DNA from: Candidatus Latescibacterota bacterium
GTDB taxonomy: Bacteria; Latescibacterota; UBA2968; GCA-2709665
Length of the DNA: 64,000 bases
Assembly: GCA_965219455.1 (NCBI GenBank)
Contig: OZ244744.1
Coordinates: 4,032,001-4,096,000 of the forward strand
Direction: 5' to 3'
Shown here: piece by piece, positions 1 through 9,960 of the stretch
Layout: every line of letters starts with the position of its first letter
Position numbering within the stretch: position 1 is the first letter of the stretch
The notes under the pieces: generated by a model
Told to the model about the DNA's origin: nothing
What the model saw: only the letters and a program-made list of their open reading frames with translations
Databases searched by the model: none
Made by a program: the position numbers and the translations under genes

Positions 1-1373
1 CGGCCCCGGGGATCGCCGCGTTCCTCGTTGATCCGGGCCAGGCGTCTGCGCCAGATGTCTATGTGCGGTTGCCGGTCGGGGTCCGCCGAGAGGTCGTTGC
101 ATTCGAGAGGGTCGGTCTCCAGGTCGAAGAATTGCTCGACGCCGGTATGGTGGAACCAGATGTACTTTTCGCGGCCGTCGGTAACGTATTGCATTCCGTG
201 TTCTTTGTCGTAACAGGTGGTGTGTTCACCCTGTACGAACGCCCGCCAGCCGTCGGTCCTGCCCCGGGAGAGATTAAGCAGGCTGAGGCCGTCTACGGAT
301 TCAGGGATGGGAACGCCCGCGGCGTCGAGAAAGGTGGGCATGATGTCTCGTAGCTCGACCGGCTGAGCCAGCGTCCGGTTGCGGGTAAAATCCCAGGTGT
401 CCGGGTATTTGAGAATGAACGGGATTCGGGCGGAGCCCTCGTAGGCGTAGGTTTTTCGCCAGTGGTGGTGGTCGCCCATCATGTCGCCGTGGTCCGAGGT
501 GAAGAGGACGAGGGTGTTGGCCAAGGCTTTCGGGTCGTGCTGGCGCAGTTCGTAGAGGACGCGTCCGATCTGATGGTCGATGAACGTGATGTTGCCGTAA
601 TATGCCGCTCGCGCCCGGTGCGTCTCGGCGTCGGTTCGACGGGAGCGCGGAGCGTTCACTTCGGCGATTCGCCGGTCGTATCGGGCGGACCACGGGCCCA
701 TTGCCGCTTTGGGAACGTCCGGATTGTCGACGTACATATCGTAATAGGTTTGCGGAGGATCATATGGAGAATGGGGGCGCGCGAACGAGAGCCAGAGGAA
801 AAAGGGTCTGGTCGGATCGCGTTGCTGAAGAAACCTGACGCCCTCGGAAGCGGTCCAGTGCGTGGGATGCAGGTGTTCGGGCAGGTGGGACGGGCGGGCC
901 ATCCAGGAGTTCCAATCGATACTGTGGTCGCGGTAGCCGTATTCGCCCTCTTTGTGTTTCTCAAAGAAAACGTGGTAATCACTGATGAATTTCCCCAAAC
1001 GTCGTCCGCTCTCGTCCAGGACCATATGGTGGAAGCCATAGAGTTTGCGTTGGGGGTGGAAGTGCATTTTGCCCACGGCCTGGGTGTGATAGCCCGCATT
1101 GGCGAGTTCGCCGGGCAACGTGGACGGGTACTCGAGCGGGTCGGCGCCGGTCATCGTGAGACGGCCATGGTTCCACTGATCCATGCCTGTGAGGATACCC
1201 GCACGGGCGGGGGTGCAGGAGGGGACGGAGGTGTAGGCGTGGTTGAAACGCACGCCGCCCTCGGCCAGTTCATCCAGGTAGGGGGTTTCGAGTACCGGGT
1301 GGCCGTCGCATCCGAGGCAGTCGCCGCGCTGCTGGTCGGTTGTGATCAGGAGAAGGTTCGGTCTTGGACGCAT
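1..1373 (-). CDS. Sulfatase (arylsulfatase/choline-sulfatase family), 3' end runs off the window
   Basis: Not in the ORF track; ends translated by hand from ATG at 1373: MRPRPNLLLITTDQQRGDCLG...TSVPSCTPARAGILTG, containing the CxPxR formylglycine motif; frame still open at the window edge. Confidence 0.88.
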   Translation of the reverse strand, partial: MRPRPNLLLITTDQQRGDCLGCDGHPVLETPYLDELAEGGVRFNHAYTSVPSCTPARAGILTGMDQWNHGRLTMTGADPLEYPSTLPGELANAGYHTQAVGKMHFHPQRKLYGFHHMVLDESGRRLGKFISDYHVFFEKHKEGEYGYRDHSIDWNSWMARPSHLPEHLHPTHWTASEGVRFLQQRDPTRPFFLWLSFARPHSPYDPPQTYYDMYVDNPDVPKAAMGPWSARYDRRIAEVNAPRSRRTDAETHRARAAYYGNITFIDHQIGRVLYELRQHDPKALANTLVLFTSDHGDMMGDHHHWRKTYAYEGSARIPFILKYPDTWDFTRNRTLAQPVELRDIMPTFLDAAGVPIPESVDGLSLLNLSRGRTDGWRAFVQGEHTTCYDKEHGMQYVTDGREKYIWFHHTGVEQFFDLETDPLECNDLSADPDRQPHIDIWRRRLARINEERGDPRG

Positions 1374-1400
1374 ATGGGATCGTTCCGGTTAACCGGTCGG

Positions 1401-2483
1401 CTACCCCCAGACTTCCTTAAGGAATCGGACCCAATTGCCGGAGAGGATGTTGCGAATGTCGGGTTCGGCGTAGCCGCGGCGCTGGAGGATGCCGACCATG
1501 TTCTGAAGATCGGCGATGGTGTTGAGGTCGCGCGGGGATTGTTCCTGTCCGAAACCGCCGTCCAGATCGGTGCCAATGCCGGCATGCCTTGCGTTGCCGG
1601 CGAGTTGGCAGACGTGATCGATATGGTTCGCAACGGTCTCGAGCGTGGCTTTTGTGCTCTGGGCCCAGCATGGGATGTCACGTTTCCAGTCGGGATCCAG
1701 CATCCAGGCATCGAATGCGGCGCCGATCACGCCGCCTCGTTCGACAATCGCCTCGATCATCCCGTCGGTGAGCTGGCGCTGGCCGGGCGTGAGGGCGCGG
1801 CAGTTGTGGTGAGAGGCGGCCACGGGGCCGTCGTAGACTTCCAGGATTTCCCAGAAGGCCTGGTCCGTGGTGTGGGTGAGGTCGACGATAATCCCTGCTT
1901 CCTTCAGGGCGTCGAGAAGGGGTTTGCCGCGTTCCAGCAGGCCGCCCTCGGTGCCCGTGCCGTGGCAGTAGGAACTGACGCCGTAGTGGGAAATACTGAC
2001 AATGCGGAGCCCCAGATCGTACCATTCGGGAACCTGGGAGGGGTCAAGGATCGGGTCGGCGCTTTCCATTGCCACCACCAGGCCGATGGGCGTGTCGGGG
2101 GCGGGGTTTTCCCAGGCGGCGACGGTTTCGTCCATGTCCCGCGAATTACGGATGAAACGAATTACGCCTTCGCGTTCCATCGCCTGATAATAGGCCAGGT
2201 GGCCCCGGCCCACGCCGTGGCACTGGTCCTGGCAGTACATGCCCGTCCGGGTCCAGCGGTCGTTGGGGTCGGTACGGGACATCATCGTTCCGAATATGAT
2301 GCCGACGTGTCCCCGGCGAAGTTCAGGAAAGGTTACGGTACAACTTCCGAAGCTGCGCATTACGGGTTCGGCGTCGTGGACGCGGACCGTCGCTGCCGGT
2401 TGCGTGAGGTCCCGGTTGACCTGTATGGCGCTGAACCCCAGGTCCAGGTGGCTGTCTGCGATAAGATACGGACGGTCTGACAT
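1401..2483 (-). CDS. Membrane dipeptidase (peptidase M19 family)
   Basis: DSHLD, MESAD, VDLTH, ASHHNCRAL, GIGTDLDGG motifs. Confidence 0.88.
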   Translation of the reverse strand: MSDRPYLIADSHLDLGFSAIQVNRDLTQPAATVRVHDAEPVMRSFGSCTVTFPELRRGHVGIIFGTMMSRTDPNDRWTRTGMYCQDQCHGVGRGHLAYYQAMEREGVIRFIRNSRDMDETVAAWENPAPDTPIGLVVAMESADPILDPSQVPEWYDLGLRIVSISHYGVSSYCHGTGTEGGLLERGKPLLDALKEAGIIVDLTHTTDQAFWEILEVYDGPVAASHHNCRALTPGQRQLTDGMIEAIVERGGVIGAAFDAWMLDPDWKRDIPCWAQSTKATLETVANHIDHVCQLAGNARHAGIGTDLDGGFGQEQSPRDLNTIADLQNMVGILQRRGYAEPDIRNILSGNWVRFLKEVWG

Positions 2484-2548
2484 TCTCTGCCCTCAACGGA
2501 AAATGCCCATCTGTTCGGAGAGACAGGTGACTGCGAATTCAGATCGGA

Positions 2549-3682
2549 TCAGGTCCACGCGTTCTTGAAGAACCGGATGAGGTTGCCGTGACAGATGTCG
2601 TCGACGTCTTCGGAAGTGTATCCGTGTGCTTCCATGATGCCTGGGAATCGCTGGAGGTCGGCGATGGTGTTGTAGTCCGTGGGTGAGAGTTCCAGCCCGA
2701 ATCCGCCGTCGAGGTCCGTCCCGATCGCCACGTGGCGGCTGTTGCCCGTGAGTTGGCAGACGTGGTCGATGTGTTCGACAACGGCTTTCATGGGCCGCGT
2801 GGCAGTGGCGTAGTGGGTCAAAGGATCGTCCCAGTCCCAGGTGGGGCTGAGCATCTGTTCGGCAAAGACCATTCCGATGACGCCGTCGCGTTCCACAATG
2901 GCCTGGATCATTTCGTCGCTGAGGTGTCGCTGGCCGGGAATCAGCGCGCGGCAGTTGCAGTGGCTGGCGTGAACCGGGCCGTCCCAATAATCCAGGATCT
3001 GCCAGAAGGTGAGGTCCGACGCATGGGTAAGGTCGATTACCATGCCGACGTCTTTGAAGGCGTCCATCAAGGGGTATGCGGGCGGATAGAGTCCGCCGAC
3101 TGTGCCGGTGCCGTGGCCGTAGGTATTGGCGCCGAAGTGGGTGAGAGACACCGAGCGCAGGCCGGCGTCCCACCAGTCTCCCACCTGGTCGGGACCCAGG
3201 ATGGGGTCGGCGCTCTCGGCGGTCAGAATCAGGCCGATCGGGGTGGTGTCCGTCGGGTTCTGCCAGGATGAGACACATGTATCCAGGTCGACGGCGTTTT
3301 TGATGAACGTGATCTCGCCCCTGCGGGCGAGGGCGTTGTAATAGTGGAGGTGGCTCTGGCCCCTGGCATATGCTACCGATTGGGCCCGAACGGAGTTGTG
3401 GGAATCGATGGAAGGGGCCTGGACGCGGGCCATGACGGTAGAGAGCATGATGCCGACGTGGCCCTCGCGCATCTCCGGCAGGGTTACGGTCACCGTGTAG
3501 CGTTTGTCCTTAAGGCCGGCACGTCTTTCCAGAGAGTCTTTGTGGATCGAAAGGTCTGCCCGAACGACGTCTTCCCGCTCCCGCAGGACATGCACCGGCC
3601 GGGTGAGGTCGCGCCGGTAGAAGAGGGCGTTGAAGGCCATGTCCAGGTGGCCGTCTATGATGAGTACCGGTTTGTCGGGCAT
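2549..3682 (-). CDS. Membrane dipeptidase (M19), tandem paralog
   Basis: DGHLD, ESAD, IDLTH, ASHCNCRAL, AIGTDLDGG; start trimmed to MPDKPVLII because the track ORF extends into the tRNA. Confidence 0.88.
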   Translation of the reverse strand: MPDKPVLIIDGHLDMAFNALFYRRDLTRPVHVLREREDVVRADLSIHKDSLERRAGLKDKRYTVTVTLPEMREGHVGIMLSTVMARVQAPSIDSHNSVRAQSVAYARGQSHLHYYNALARRGEITFIKNAVDLDTCVSSWQNPTDTTPIGLILTAESADPILGPDQVGDWWDAGLRSVSLTHFGANTYGHGTGTVGGLYPPAYPLMDAFKDVGMVIDLTHASDLTFWQILDYWDGPVHASHCNCRALIPGQRHLSDEMIQAIVERDGVIGMVFAEQMLSPTWDWDDPLTHYATATRPMKAVVEHIDHVCQLTGNSRHVAIGTDLDGGFGLELSPTDYNTIADLQRFPGIMEAHGYTSEDVDDICHGNLIRFFKNAWT

Positions 3683-3981
3683 AAGGGAAGGAATTGTTGA
3701 AAATGGAATGCGAAACGGCTCGATGCTAACCGCACGCCAAATTACGTTGCCCGGTTGGCCCGGGCAAATGAAATCGATGGAGCCTGGAAACACACGACGC
3801 GATGGGTTTTGCGTCAGGGTATTCGATTGTGATGGAACGGTGATGCGTATGGATCCAAGGGGGATGTCGGAAGATTCGTACTTGATGACCGTGGCTTGTG
3901 TGGCTGTTTCACGTTTTTTCTTGATCGAAGCAGCTGTTTTGTTGATATTCCGAAATGAGGATTTATCCTGGCGTGATGCAT

Positions 3982-4058
3982 CGGGGAGTGGCTCAGTCCG
4001 GCAGAGCACCTGCTTTGGGAGCAGGGGGTCGCGGGTTCGAATCCCGCCTCCCCGACCA
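3982..4058 (+). tRNA. tRNA-Pro (anticodon TGG)
   Basis: CGGGGAG acceptor stem pairs with CTCCCCG; anticodon arm CCTGC-TTTGGGA-GCAGG; GGTTCGAATC T-loop; encoded CCA; 77 nt. Confidence 0.97.
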
Positions 4059-4066
4059 CTAAAAAC

Positions 4067-4098
4067 AAAGGTTTACGTCAAATTGGCGTAAACCTTTT
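4067..4098 (+). terminator. Hairpin directly after tRNA-Pro (probable intrinsic terminator)
   Basis: AAAGGTTTACGTCA-AAT-TGGCGTAAACCTTT, 14-bp stem with one G-U pair, ending in a T run. Confidence 0.65.
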
Positions 4099-4442
4099 CT
4101 ACAATGAGTCGAACCACATTCTGACCTGACGCTACTTTGCTTTGCGCAGATGCAAGGAATTCGGTGGAAGTGAACGCGGTTGCCCGTTTGACGGTCCAGT
4201 CGCTCTCTCGTTGAGGTTAGGTCGCAGAAGCCGCGCCGACCGGCGTCGGCTAATGCGGCATGGGGGATTTTAATACCAGCAGCCACGATTGTGCAGTCAA
4301 TCAATAGCTCAATACAACCCATTGCGTGACGCTCGAAAATCGCGTCAATCGCCACAATTGCCACCCTTTTGGCTTGACATGATCGTCGATTAACACTAAA
4401 TTTTATCGAATCACTGAAAGCGCGAATGTGCCTAGGTGGTGA

Positions 4443-4474
4443 GAATCGCCCCCGGGTAAAACCGGGGGCGATTC
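4443..4474. terminator. GC-rich stem-loop
   Basis: GAATCGCCCCCGG-GTAAAA-CCGGGGGCGATTC, perfect 13-bp stem. Confidence 0.5.
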
Positions 4475-4748
4475 CTATTTGGGATAGCACACAACGCCAA
4501 ATTTATCGGAGTAAGAAGCATGTGTATTGAGGATTGGGAACAGAGTATTCATCCATACTTCGATCCTGGCCGAGTTGACTGATTTGGGAAACCTGCTCGG
4601 GAAAGATAATTTCCCCAATTTGTGTAGCTGATAGTAATAGGTGACGGTGGCGATAAAGTCACCTGCCTGGATAAAGTACGATTGGTTTGAGCTCTTGGGT
4701 AGTCGATTCGTGAAGAATAAATATCTATAAATCAGTATGTTAAAATTA

Positions 4749-4776
4749 AACGCCCGGTATTTCAATACCGGGCGTT
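4749..4776. terminator. Stem-loop, possible minus-strand terminator
   Basis: AACGCCCGGTATT-TC-AATACCGGGCGTT preceded by an A-rich tract (T-rich on the minus strand). Confidence 0.5.
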
Positions 4777-4876
4777 CAGATATCAGTGTGACTCAATTTG
4801 ACCGCTCGACGCGGTGTCGGCCCCGTGAACAACCCGAAATGGCTACAGCGATGTCAATTCGCGGATGCCTGGTTCT

Positions 4877-4906
4877 TGTAGGGGCGACCGGCCGGTCGCC
4901 CCTACA
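4877..4906. repeat. GTAG-type REP-like palindrome
   Basis: Perfect 30-bp palindrome TGTAGGGGCGACCGGCCGGTCGCCCCTACA; related copies at 16062 and 16125. Confidence 0.8.
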
Positions 4907-5048
4907 GATTCCTCGCGTCGTAGCGTTGGCGATACGGAAACGCGATGGCAATCAGCGATATCCGCGCCAATCCATCCGAACCCATCATTCGGTTTTCCCC
5001 ATCTGTTTTTTCCTACGGTTGGCCTCTTACCTCTTGCCTCTAACCGAT

Positions 5049-5942
5049 TCAACTGGCGAATCGCGACCGATACGCCGCCCGTGCACTTTGCACGATGTCA
5101 TCGGAGAGAGGCCGGCCGTCGGAGATCCCGACGTTGGCGCGGATGTGATCGGGATCCGTGGAGCCGATGATGGCGGTGCAGACGTCCGGATGCGAGAGCG
5201 TGAAACGCAGGACGAATTCGAGAATGGGCATCTCGCCCGCCAATTCTGCAAGGGGGATGGTTTGCGCCCGGTCCCAGGGTCCGCCCATGTAGTCGCCATC
5301 GGGACGTTCGCTCTGCTGCCACACGGCATTGGAGATGGGGCGCTTGATTATGGTGCCCATACCCAGTGATCTCAGGGTGGGCATGAGATTTTCGGCCGAT
5401 TCCTGGTACAGGATGTTGTAGGTGAATTCCTGGGTGTCCAGGTCCCAGCGGCGGGCGGCGGCAGCAGCGGAAGGACCGTCTGCCGAAACGCCGATAAAAC
5501 GTGTCCAGCCTTTTTCCCTGGCATCCAGAAGCGCCTCGAAGGCCACCTGTTCATCGTCGGCCGGCTCGGGCAATCCGTGAAACTGGACGATATCGATCAC
5601 GTCCATGTCCAGCTTTTTTCGGCTGTCGTCGATTGTACGCAGGATGCCGTCCCGGCTGTAGTCACGCACGATTCCTCGTTTACCGTTGGATTCCGCAACG
5701 TAGTCTCCGCATTTCGTGGCCAGGACGAATTCCTCACGTCTATGGGAAATGAACTTGCCGATCCGGGCTTCGCTCTGTCCGTACATGGCGGCCGTATCAA
5801 TGAAATTGATGCCGGCGTCCAGGACCGCGTTGAGGGCCCGATCCGCCTGGCTTTCGGGCAGGTTAATGTTGCCGATCTGCGCTGCGCCGTAGCCGATTTC
5901 CGAAACGCGCAGACCGGTTTTACCCAGATTTCGATATTCCAT
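5049..5942 (-). CDS. Aldo/keto reductase
   Basis: YRNLGKTGLRVSEIGYG, GINFIDTAAMYG, LATKCG, IDIVQFH. Confidence 0.92.
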   Translation of the reverse strand: MEYRNLGKTGLRVSEIGYGAAQIGNINLPESQADRALNAVLDAGINFIDTAAMYGQSEARIGKFISHRREEFVLATKCGDYVAESNGKRGIVRDYSRDGILRTIDDSRKKLDMDVIDIVQFHGLPEPADDEQVAFEALLDAREKGWTRFIGVSADGPSAAAAARRWDLDTQEFTYNILYQESAENLMPTLRSLGMGTIIKRPISNAVWQQSERPDGDYMGGPWDRAQTIPLAELAGEMPILEFVLRFTLSHPDVCTAIIGSTDPDHIRANVGISDGRPLSDDIVQSARAAYRSRFAS

Positions 5943-5954
5943 GTCGGGTCTCCT

Positions 5955-7223
5955 TCAGGATGTGTTGCTGATTGACGCCGGGGCGAACTCGCCCCGCGGG
6001 GTACGGAAATAGGCCCAGAAAATCAAGGTGCCGAGCGCGGTAAATGCGGCGCTGGTCAGGAAGAGGGCATGGTATCCGACGGTGGAGATGATGTAGCCGC
6101 CGCCCATGGCAATGACCGAATAACCGATGCCCGCCATCATGGAAGAAGCGCCGGACATGGTCGCCCGCCATCGCGGGGAAACAATCTCCTGGTTGTAGAC
6201 GACGAAGGCGGGGCGCCGTATGGAAGCGAGGGCCACGATGTTCATAAAGCAGAACCCCGCCGGAATCCAGTGCGGCAAAAAGGCCATGGGGATCAGCATG
6301 GCGGGCGTGCAGATGGCGCTCAACACGACCGTGCGGTGATTGCCGAAGCGGCCCGTGAAAAGCGGCACCGTCAGGGCGGCCGGCACCGCCAGAAGTTGTC
6401 CGGCGGCCATCAGTGTGCCGATGAGGGAGGTGGGTACGTGCAGGCCGTCATCCAGGTAGACATTGAAGAAGGTCCGGACAGCGCCCTCTCCGGCAACGTG
6501 CAGTAACGAGGCCAAAGCGATCAGCGCGATGACCCCCAGCGGGAACGGCGCGTCTGAATCCTCCACGTGTACCTGTCGTTGCCTGACCTGGGGTTTCCGC
6601 GTGGCCATGAGGATGAAAAGGGCCGGTATTAGCAGGGCGGAGGCGGCGAGCAGTGTGAACCGGAAAGGTGCGGGGTGGTCCGGGGCGACGTTCATCAACC
6701 AGGCGATTCGGCCGGGCAGAAAGCCGCCGACAAGGCTTCCGAAAAAGCCGGCCAGCGGGAAGAGGGCGCCCTGCATGGAGAAAACGTGGTTCCGCTCCCG
6801 CGCTCCGGCAATGCCCATCAGATACGGGGCGCCGTTGACGATGTAGAGGGCCACACCCAGCAGCCCCAGCGCGTTGGTGGCCAGAACAAACACGTCCCTG
6901 GGGGCGCCGGAGACGACGAGTTCAGCCTGTGAAAGAAGGCCATTGCCGATAATGGCGATACCGATACCCGCGATCATGACACGACGCGGATCCCAGCGGG
7001 CTCCCATGAGCCCGGCCGGCAGGCTGAAAATTGCAAAGGACAGCGCGCCGGTGGCGTTTACCCACCCGACAAACGTGGGGCCGTATCCCAGCCTCAGGAT
7101 ATAGAGGTTGAGCAACAGGGAGGTAATGCCGCCGAATAGGCTGAAGCCGAAGAGGATCGTCGCAGCGAGATACAGCCGGACGTCGCGGTTGAACAGGCGC
7201 AGGATATCCAGGTAGGATTCCAT
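5955..7223 (-). CDS. MFS transporter
   Basis: 422 aa, about 12 hydrophobic segments, GLMGARWDPRR and GRFGNHR loop motifs. Confidence 0.88.
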   Translation of the reverse strand: MESYLDILRLFNRDVRLYLAATILFGFSLFGGITSLLLNLYILRLGYGPTFVGWVNATGALSFAIFSLPAGLMGARWDPRRVMIAGIGIAIIGNGLLSQAELVVSGAPRDVFVLATNALGLLGVALYIVNGAPYLMGIAGARERNHVFSMQGALFPLAGFFGSLVGGFLPGRIAWLMNVAPDHPAPFRFTLLAASALLIPALFILMATRKPQVRQRQVHVEDSDAPFPLGVIALIALASLLHVAGEGAVRTFFNVYLDDGLHVPTSLIGTLMAAGQLLAVPAALTVPLFTGRFGNHRTVVLSAICTPAMLIPMAFLPHWIPAGFCFMNIVALASIRRPAFVVYNQEIVSPRWRATMSGASSMMAGIGYSVIAMGGGYIISTVGYHALFLTSAAFTALGTLIFWAYFRTPRGEFAPASISNTS

Positions 7224-7298
7224 AGGCTTAGAATACCGGACCCGAGCCCGGCGGCAAGGACTCCAGGGGGTTGGCCATCGGGGGACAAATCCGGTCTC

Positions 7299-8369
7299 CT
7301 ACGCCAACAGGCGTTTCCCCCTGGATTTGAAGGCGGCCGCAAAGCGTTTTTTCATGGGGCCGCGGGTTTCTCCCACGGGCGGGTTCAGCGCCAGTTCGAC
7401 GCAAAGGTCGACCATGTTGACGGCATCGGATGCGGAAATGACCTCTTCCGCCGGCCAGCGTTTGCCCATGTTGTGGTAGTTGCCCAGGGGGAATGCCAGG
7501 GCGCCCACCGTCATGCCGTAGAGGACGTACAGCGTGGCTTCGCAGACGCCGCCGCTCATCAGTTGACGCTGATAGTTGAAATTGCGCTCTTTCTTTTTCA
7601 GGTCACGCGCGGTGCTGTGTATGGCGTATTCGACTCGCGGGTCGAATACGCTCATCGCGTCACCCACACGGATAACGGGTCCGCCGCCGATCTCGGCGCC
7701 GGGAAGGGCTTTGCTGGTCTCGAGTACGATAATGGGCACCCTCCGGGGGACGGTTCGGGCGCGTACGATTCCACCGGCCCCGAGAAGACCCACCTCTTCG
7801 GCGCGTGTGAAGACCCCCCACAGGTCTGCGGCGGCTTTCGTTCGATTGAGCCGGTCCATCGTGGCCAGGATAGCGGCGCAGCTCGCCAGGTTGTCCGCGC
7901 CCTTGGTCCGGATGAGATCGCTGTCGAACACGGCCGGTCTGAGGCCCCAGTAGCCGAAGGCGCCTTCGAGTTGTGGCAGCGTGCGCGCGGCGCGGGCGGT
8001 AAAGGTCTTGTCGTCGCTCAACGACGAGGTCGCCCTGCCGGGAATCTCGTCCCCATTGGATACGAGGGTGAGGCGGCCGCCCGGGAAATGGCGCTCGTCG
8101 CATGCCCCCAACCAGCGTGCGGTGAGATTCCGTCCGTCGGCGTTGAGGATCTCACAGCCGGGGTGGTCCATGTGGGCCGTAAGCGCGACCGGTTCCGCCT
8201 GATCGCCATTTGTGTACCGAAGGACGAGGTTGCCGTACCGGTCTGTTTTCACCGGGATCCGCCGTCGCCGGGCAAAGGCATTTACGTATGCCGCGACGGC
8301 GCTTTCATGGAAGGGCGCCGTGGGCAGAGAGAGGACGTCGCAGAAGATTTTTTGGAGGCGTCTGTTCAC
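7299..8369 (-). CDS. Zn metallopeptidase (M20/M28/M42 clan)
   Basis: AHMDHPG, KGADN, FTRAEEVG, C-terminal NYHN. Confidence 0.8.
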   Translation of the reverse strand: MNRRLQKIFCDVLSLPTAPFHESAVAAYVNAFARRRRIPVKTDRYGNLVLRYTNGDQAEPVALTAHMDHPGCEILNADGRNLTARWLGACDERHFPGGRLTLVSNGDEIPGRATSSLSDDKTFTARAARTLPQLEGAFGYWGLRPAVFDSDLIRTKGADNLASCAAILATMDRLNRTKAAADLWGVFTRAEEVGLLGAGGIVRARTVPRRVPIIVLETSKALPGAEIGGGPVIRVGDAMSVFDPRVEYAIHSTARDLKKKERNFNYQRQLMSGGVCEATLYVLYGMTVGALAFPLGNYHNMGKRWPAEEVISASDAVNMVDLCVELALNPPVGETRGPMKKRFAAAFKSRGKRLLA

Positions 8370-8372
8370 GGC

Positions 8373-9833
8373 TCATCCCCAGCGGCTGATGGTAACTTTT
8401 TGACGAGTGAAGAAGGAGACGCCTTCGTGACCCTGAACATGCAGGTCGCCGAAGAAGGAGTTGTTCCATCCGGAGAACGGAAAGAAGGCCATGGGCGCCG
8501 GAACGCCGGTGTTGATGCCCACCATGCCGGCGTTGATACGGTGGCGGAACTCGCGGGCGGCGCCTCCGCTTTCGGTAAAGAGCACGGCGGCGTTGCCGTA
8601 ACCGCTGCTGTTACAGGTCTCGATAGCGGCATCCAGATCATCCGTGTGCATCACCGACAGTACGGGGCCGAAAATTTCGTCCCGGGCGATCTGCATTTGG
8701 GGTTGCACACGATCGAAGACGGTCGGGCCCAGATAAAAGCCGTTGGGGCAGGCATCCACGGCCACGTCGCGCCCGTCGACAATCAGATCGGCGCCTTCGG
8801 CGAGGCCGGTCCGGATGGAAGCGCGCACGTTTTCCAGGTGCCGGGGGGTAACCAGCGGACCCATTTCGGCATCGGCATCCCGGTCGGTAGGTCCAACGCG
8901 GAGGCCGCGCGCGGCGTCGCTGAGGAGCGGCAGAAAGCGTTCGGCGGCGTCGTGGGCGCACACAAGAACGCTGCCCGCCATGCACCGCTCTCCGGCGCAG
9001 CCGTACGCAGAACCCATAATGGCGTTTATGGTAGCGTCCGGTTCGGCGTCTGGCAGGACGACCATATAGTTCTTGGCGCCCCCTGCGGATTGTACGCGTT
9101 TCCCGTTGCGCGTGGCGGTTTCGTAGATGTATCTGGCCACGGGGGTGGAGCCGACGAAAGACACCGTGCGTACGTCCGGATGGTCGAGCAGGGCATCCAC
9201 GGCTTCACGTCCGCCGTGAACGAGATTCAGAACGCCGGGAGGCAGGCCCGCTTCGGCAAGGAGTTCCACCAGACGGATGGCGCTCAGGGGTACCTTCTCG
9301 GACGGCTTGAACACAAAGGTATTCCCGCAGACGAGCGCTACCGGCAGGGTCCAGAGCGGTACCATAACGGGAAAGTTGAACGGGGTGATGGCCGCGCACA
9401 CGCCCAGGGGTTGCCGGATCGTGTCGCAGTCGATATCGGCCGCGATGTTCTCCAGGGCCTGTCCCATCAGGAGGGATGGCGCGCCGCAGGCGAACTCCAC
9501 GACTTCGATGCCGCGCCGGACGGAGCCCCTGGATTCGTCCAGGGTTTTTCCGTGTTCGCGGGTGACAATCCGGGAAAGATCCTCGAAATGTCTCTCCAGA
9601 AGCTCCTTGAAACGGAACATGAGCCGGGCGCGTTCGACGGCCGGGGTTTCGGCCCAGGCTGGAAAGGCCCCGCTTGCGGCGCTGACGGCGCTGTCAATTT
9701 CATCGGCGCCGCCCATCGGCGTGGCGGAGATCTGTGTACCTTCCGAGGGGTTGTAGACCGGTTCGGTATCAGTCCCGGTTGAGACGATCCATTCCCCGTT
9801 GATGAATAGTGGACAGGGTTCGAGCACGTGCAT
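8373..9833 (-). CDS. mmsA: CoA-acylating (methyl)malonate-semialdehyde dehydrogenase
   Basis: ITPFNFP, FVGSTPVA, GGAKN, GCAGERCMA, EIFGPV, GMVGIN.GVPAP. Confidence 0.9.
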   Translation of the reverse strand: MHVLEPCPLFINGEWIVSTGTDTEPVYNPSEGTQISATPMGGADEIDSAVSAASGAFPAWAETPAVERARLMFRFKELLERHFEDLSRIVTREHGKTLDESRGSVRRGIEVVEFACGAPSLLMGQALENIAADIDCDTIRQPLGVCAAITPFNFPVMVPLWTLPVALVCGNTFVFKPSEKVPLSAIRLVELLAEAGLPPGVLNLVHGGREAVDALLDHPDVRTVSFVGSTPVARYIYETATRNGKRVQSAGGAKNYMVVLPDAEPDATINAIMGSAYGCAGERCMAGSVLVCAHDAAERFLPLLSDAARGLRVGPTDRDADAEMGPLVTPRHLENVRASIRTGLAEGADLIVDGRDVAVDACPNGFYLGPTVFDRVQPQMQIARDEIFGPVLSVMHTDDLDAAIETCNSSGYGNAAVLFTESGGAAREFRHRINAGMVGINTGVPAPMAFFPFSGWNNSFFGDLHVQGHEGVSFFTRQKVTISRWG

Positions 9834-9960
9834 TGCAGGGTCTCCTATAGATTGCGAAACCGTCTAAAAAACGCCGCACCGAGGATGCTGAAGGGATCTC
9901 CGGAGGATCGTGTGTGTTCCCGGCCAGGCAAACAGGCGATGGAAGCGGGCAGGACTGCGG

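Noticed and set aside
462-2480. 672-aa plus-strand ORF
   Set aside because: Antisense shadow of the sulfatase and dipeptidase genes; no motifs, typical of high-GC DNA
3683-4009. N-terminal extension of the second dipeptidase in the ORF track
   Set aside because: Overlaps tRNA-Pro on the opposite strand; homology to the paralog begins at MPDKP
4059-4765. 143-aa and 96-aa minus-strand ORFs after the tRNA
   Set aside because: No recognisable motifs, run through hairpins, no integrase signature
7473-9782. 769-aa plus-strand ORF
   Set aside because: Shadow of the peptidase and mmsA on the minus strand
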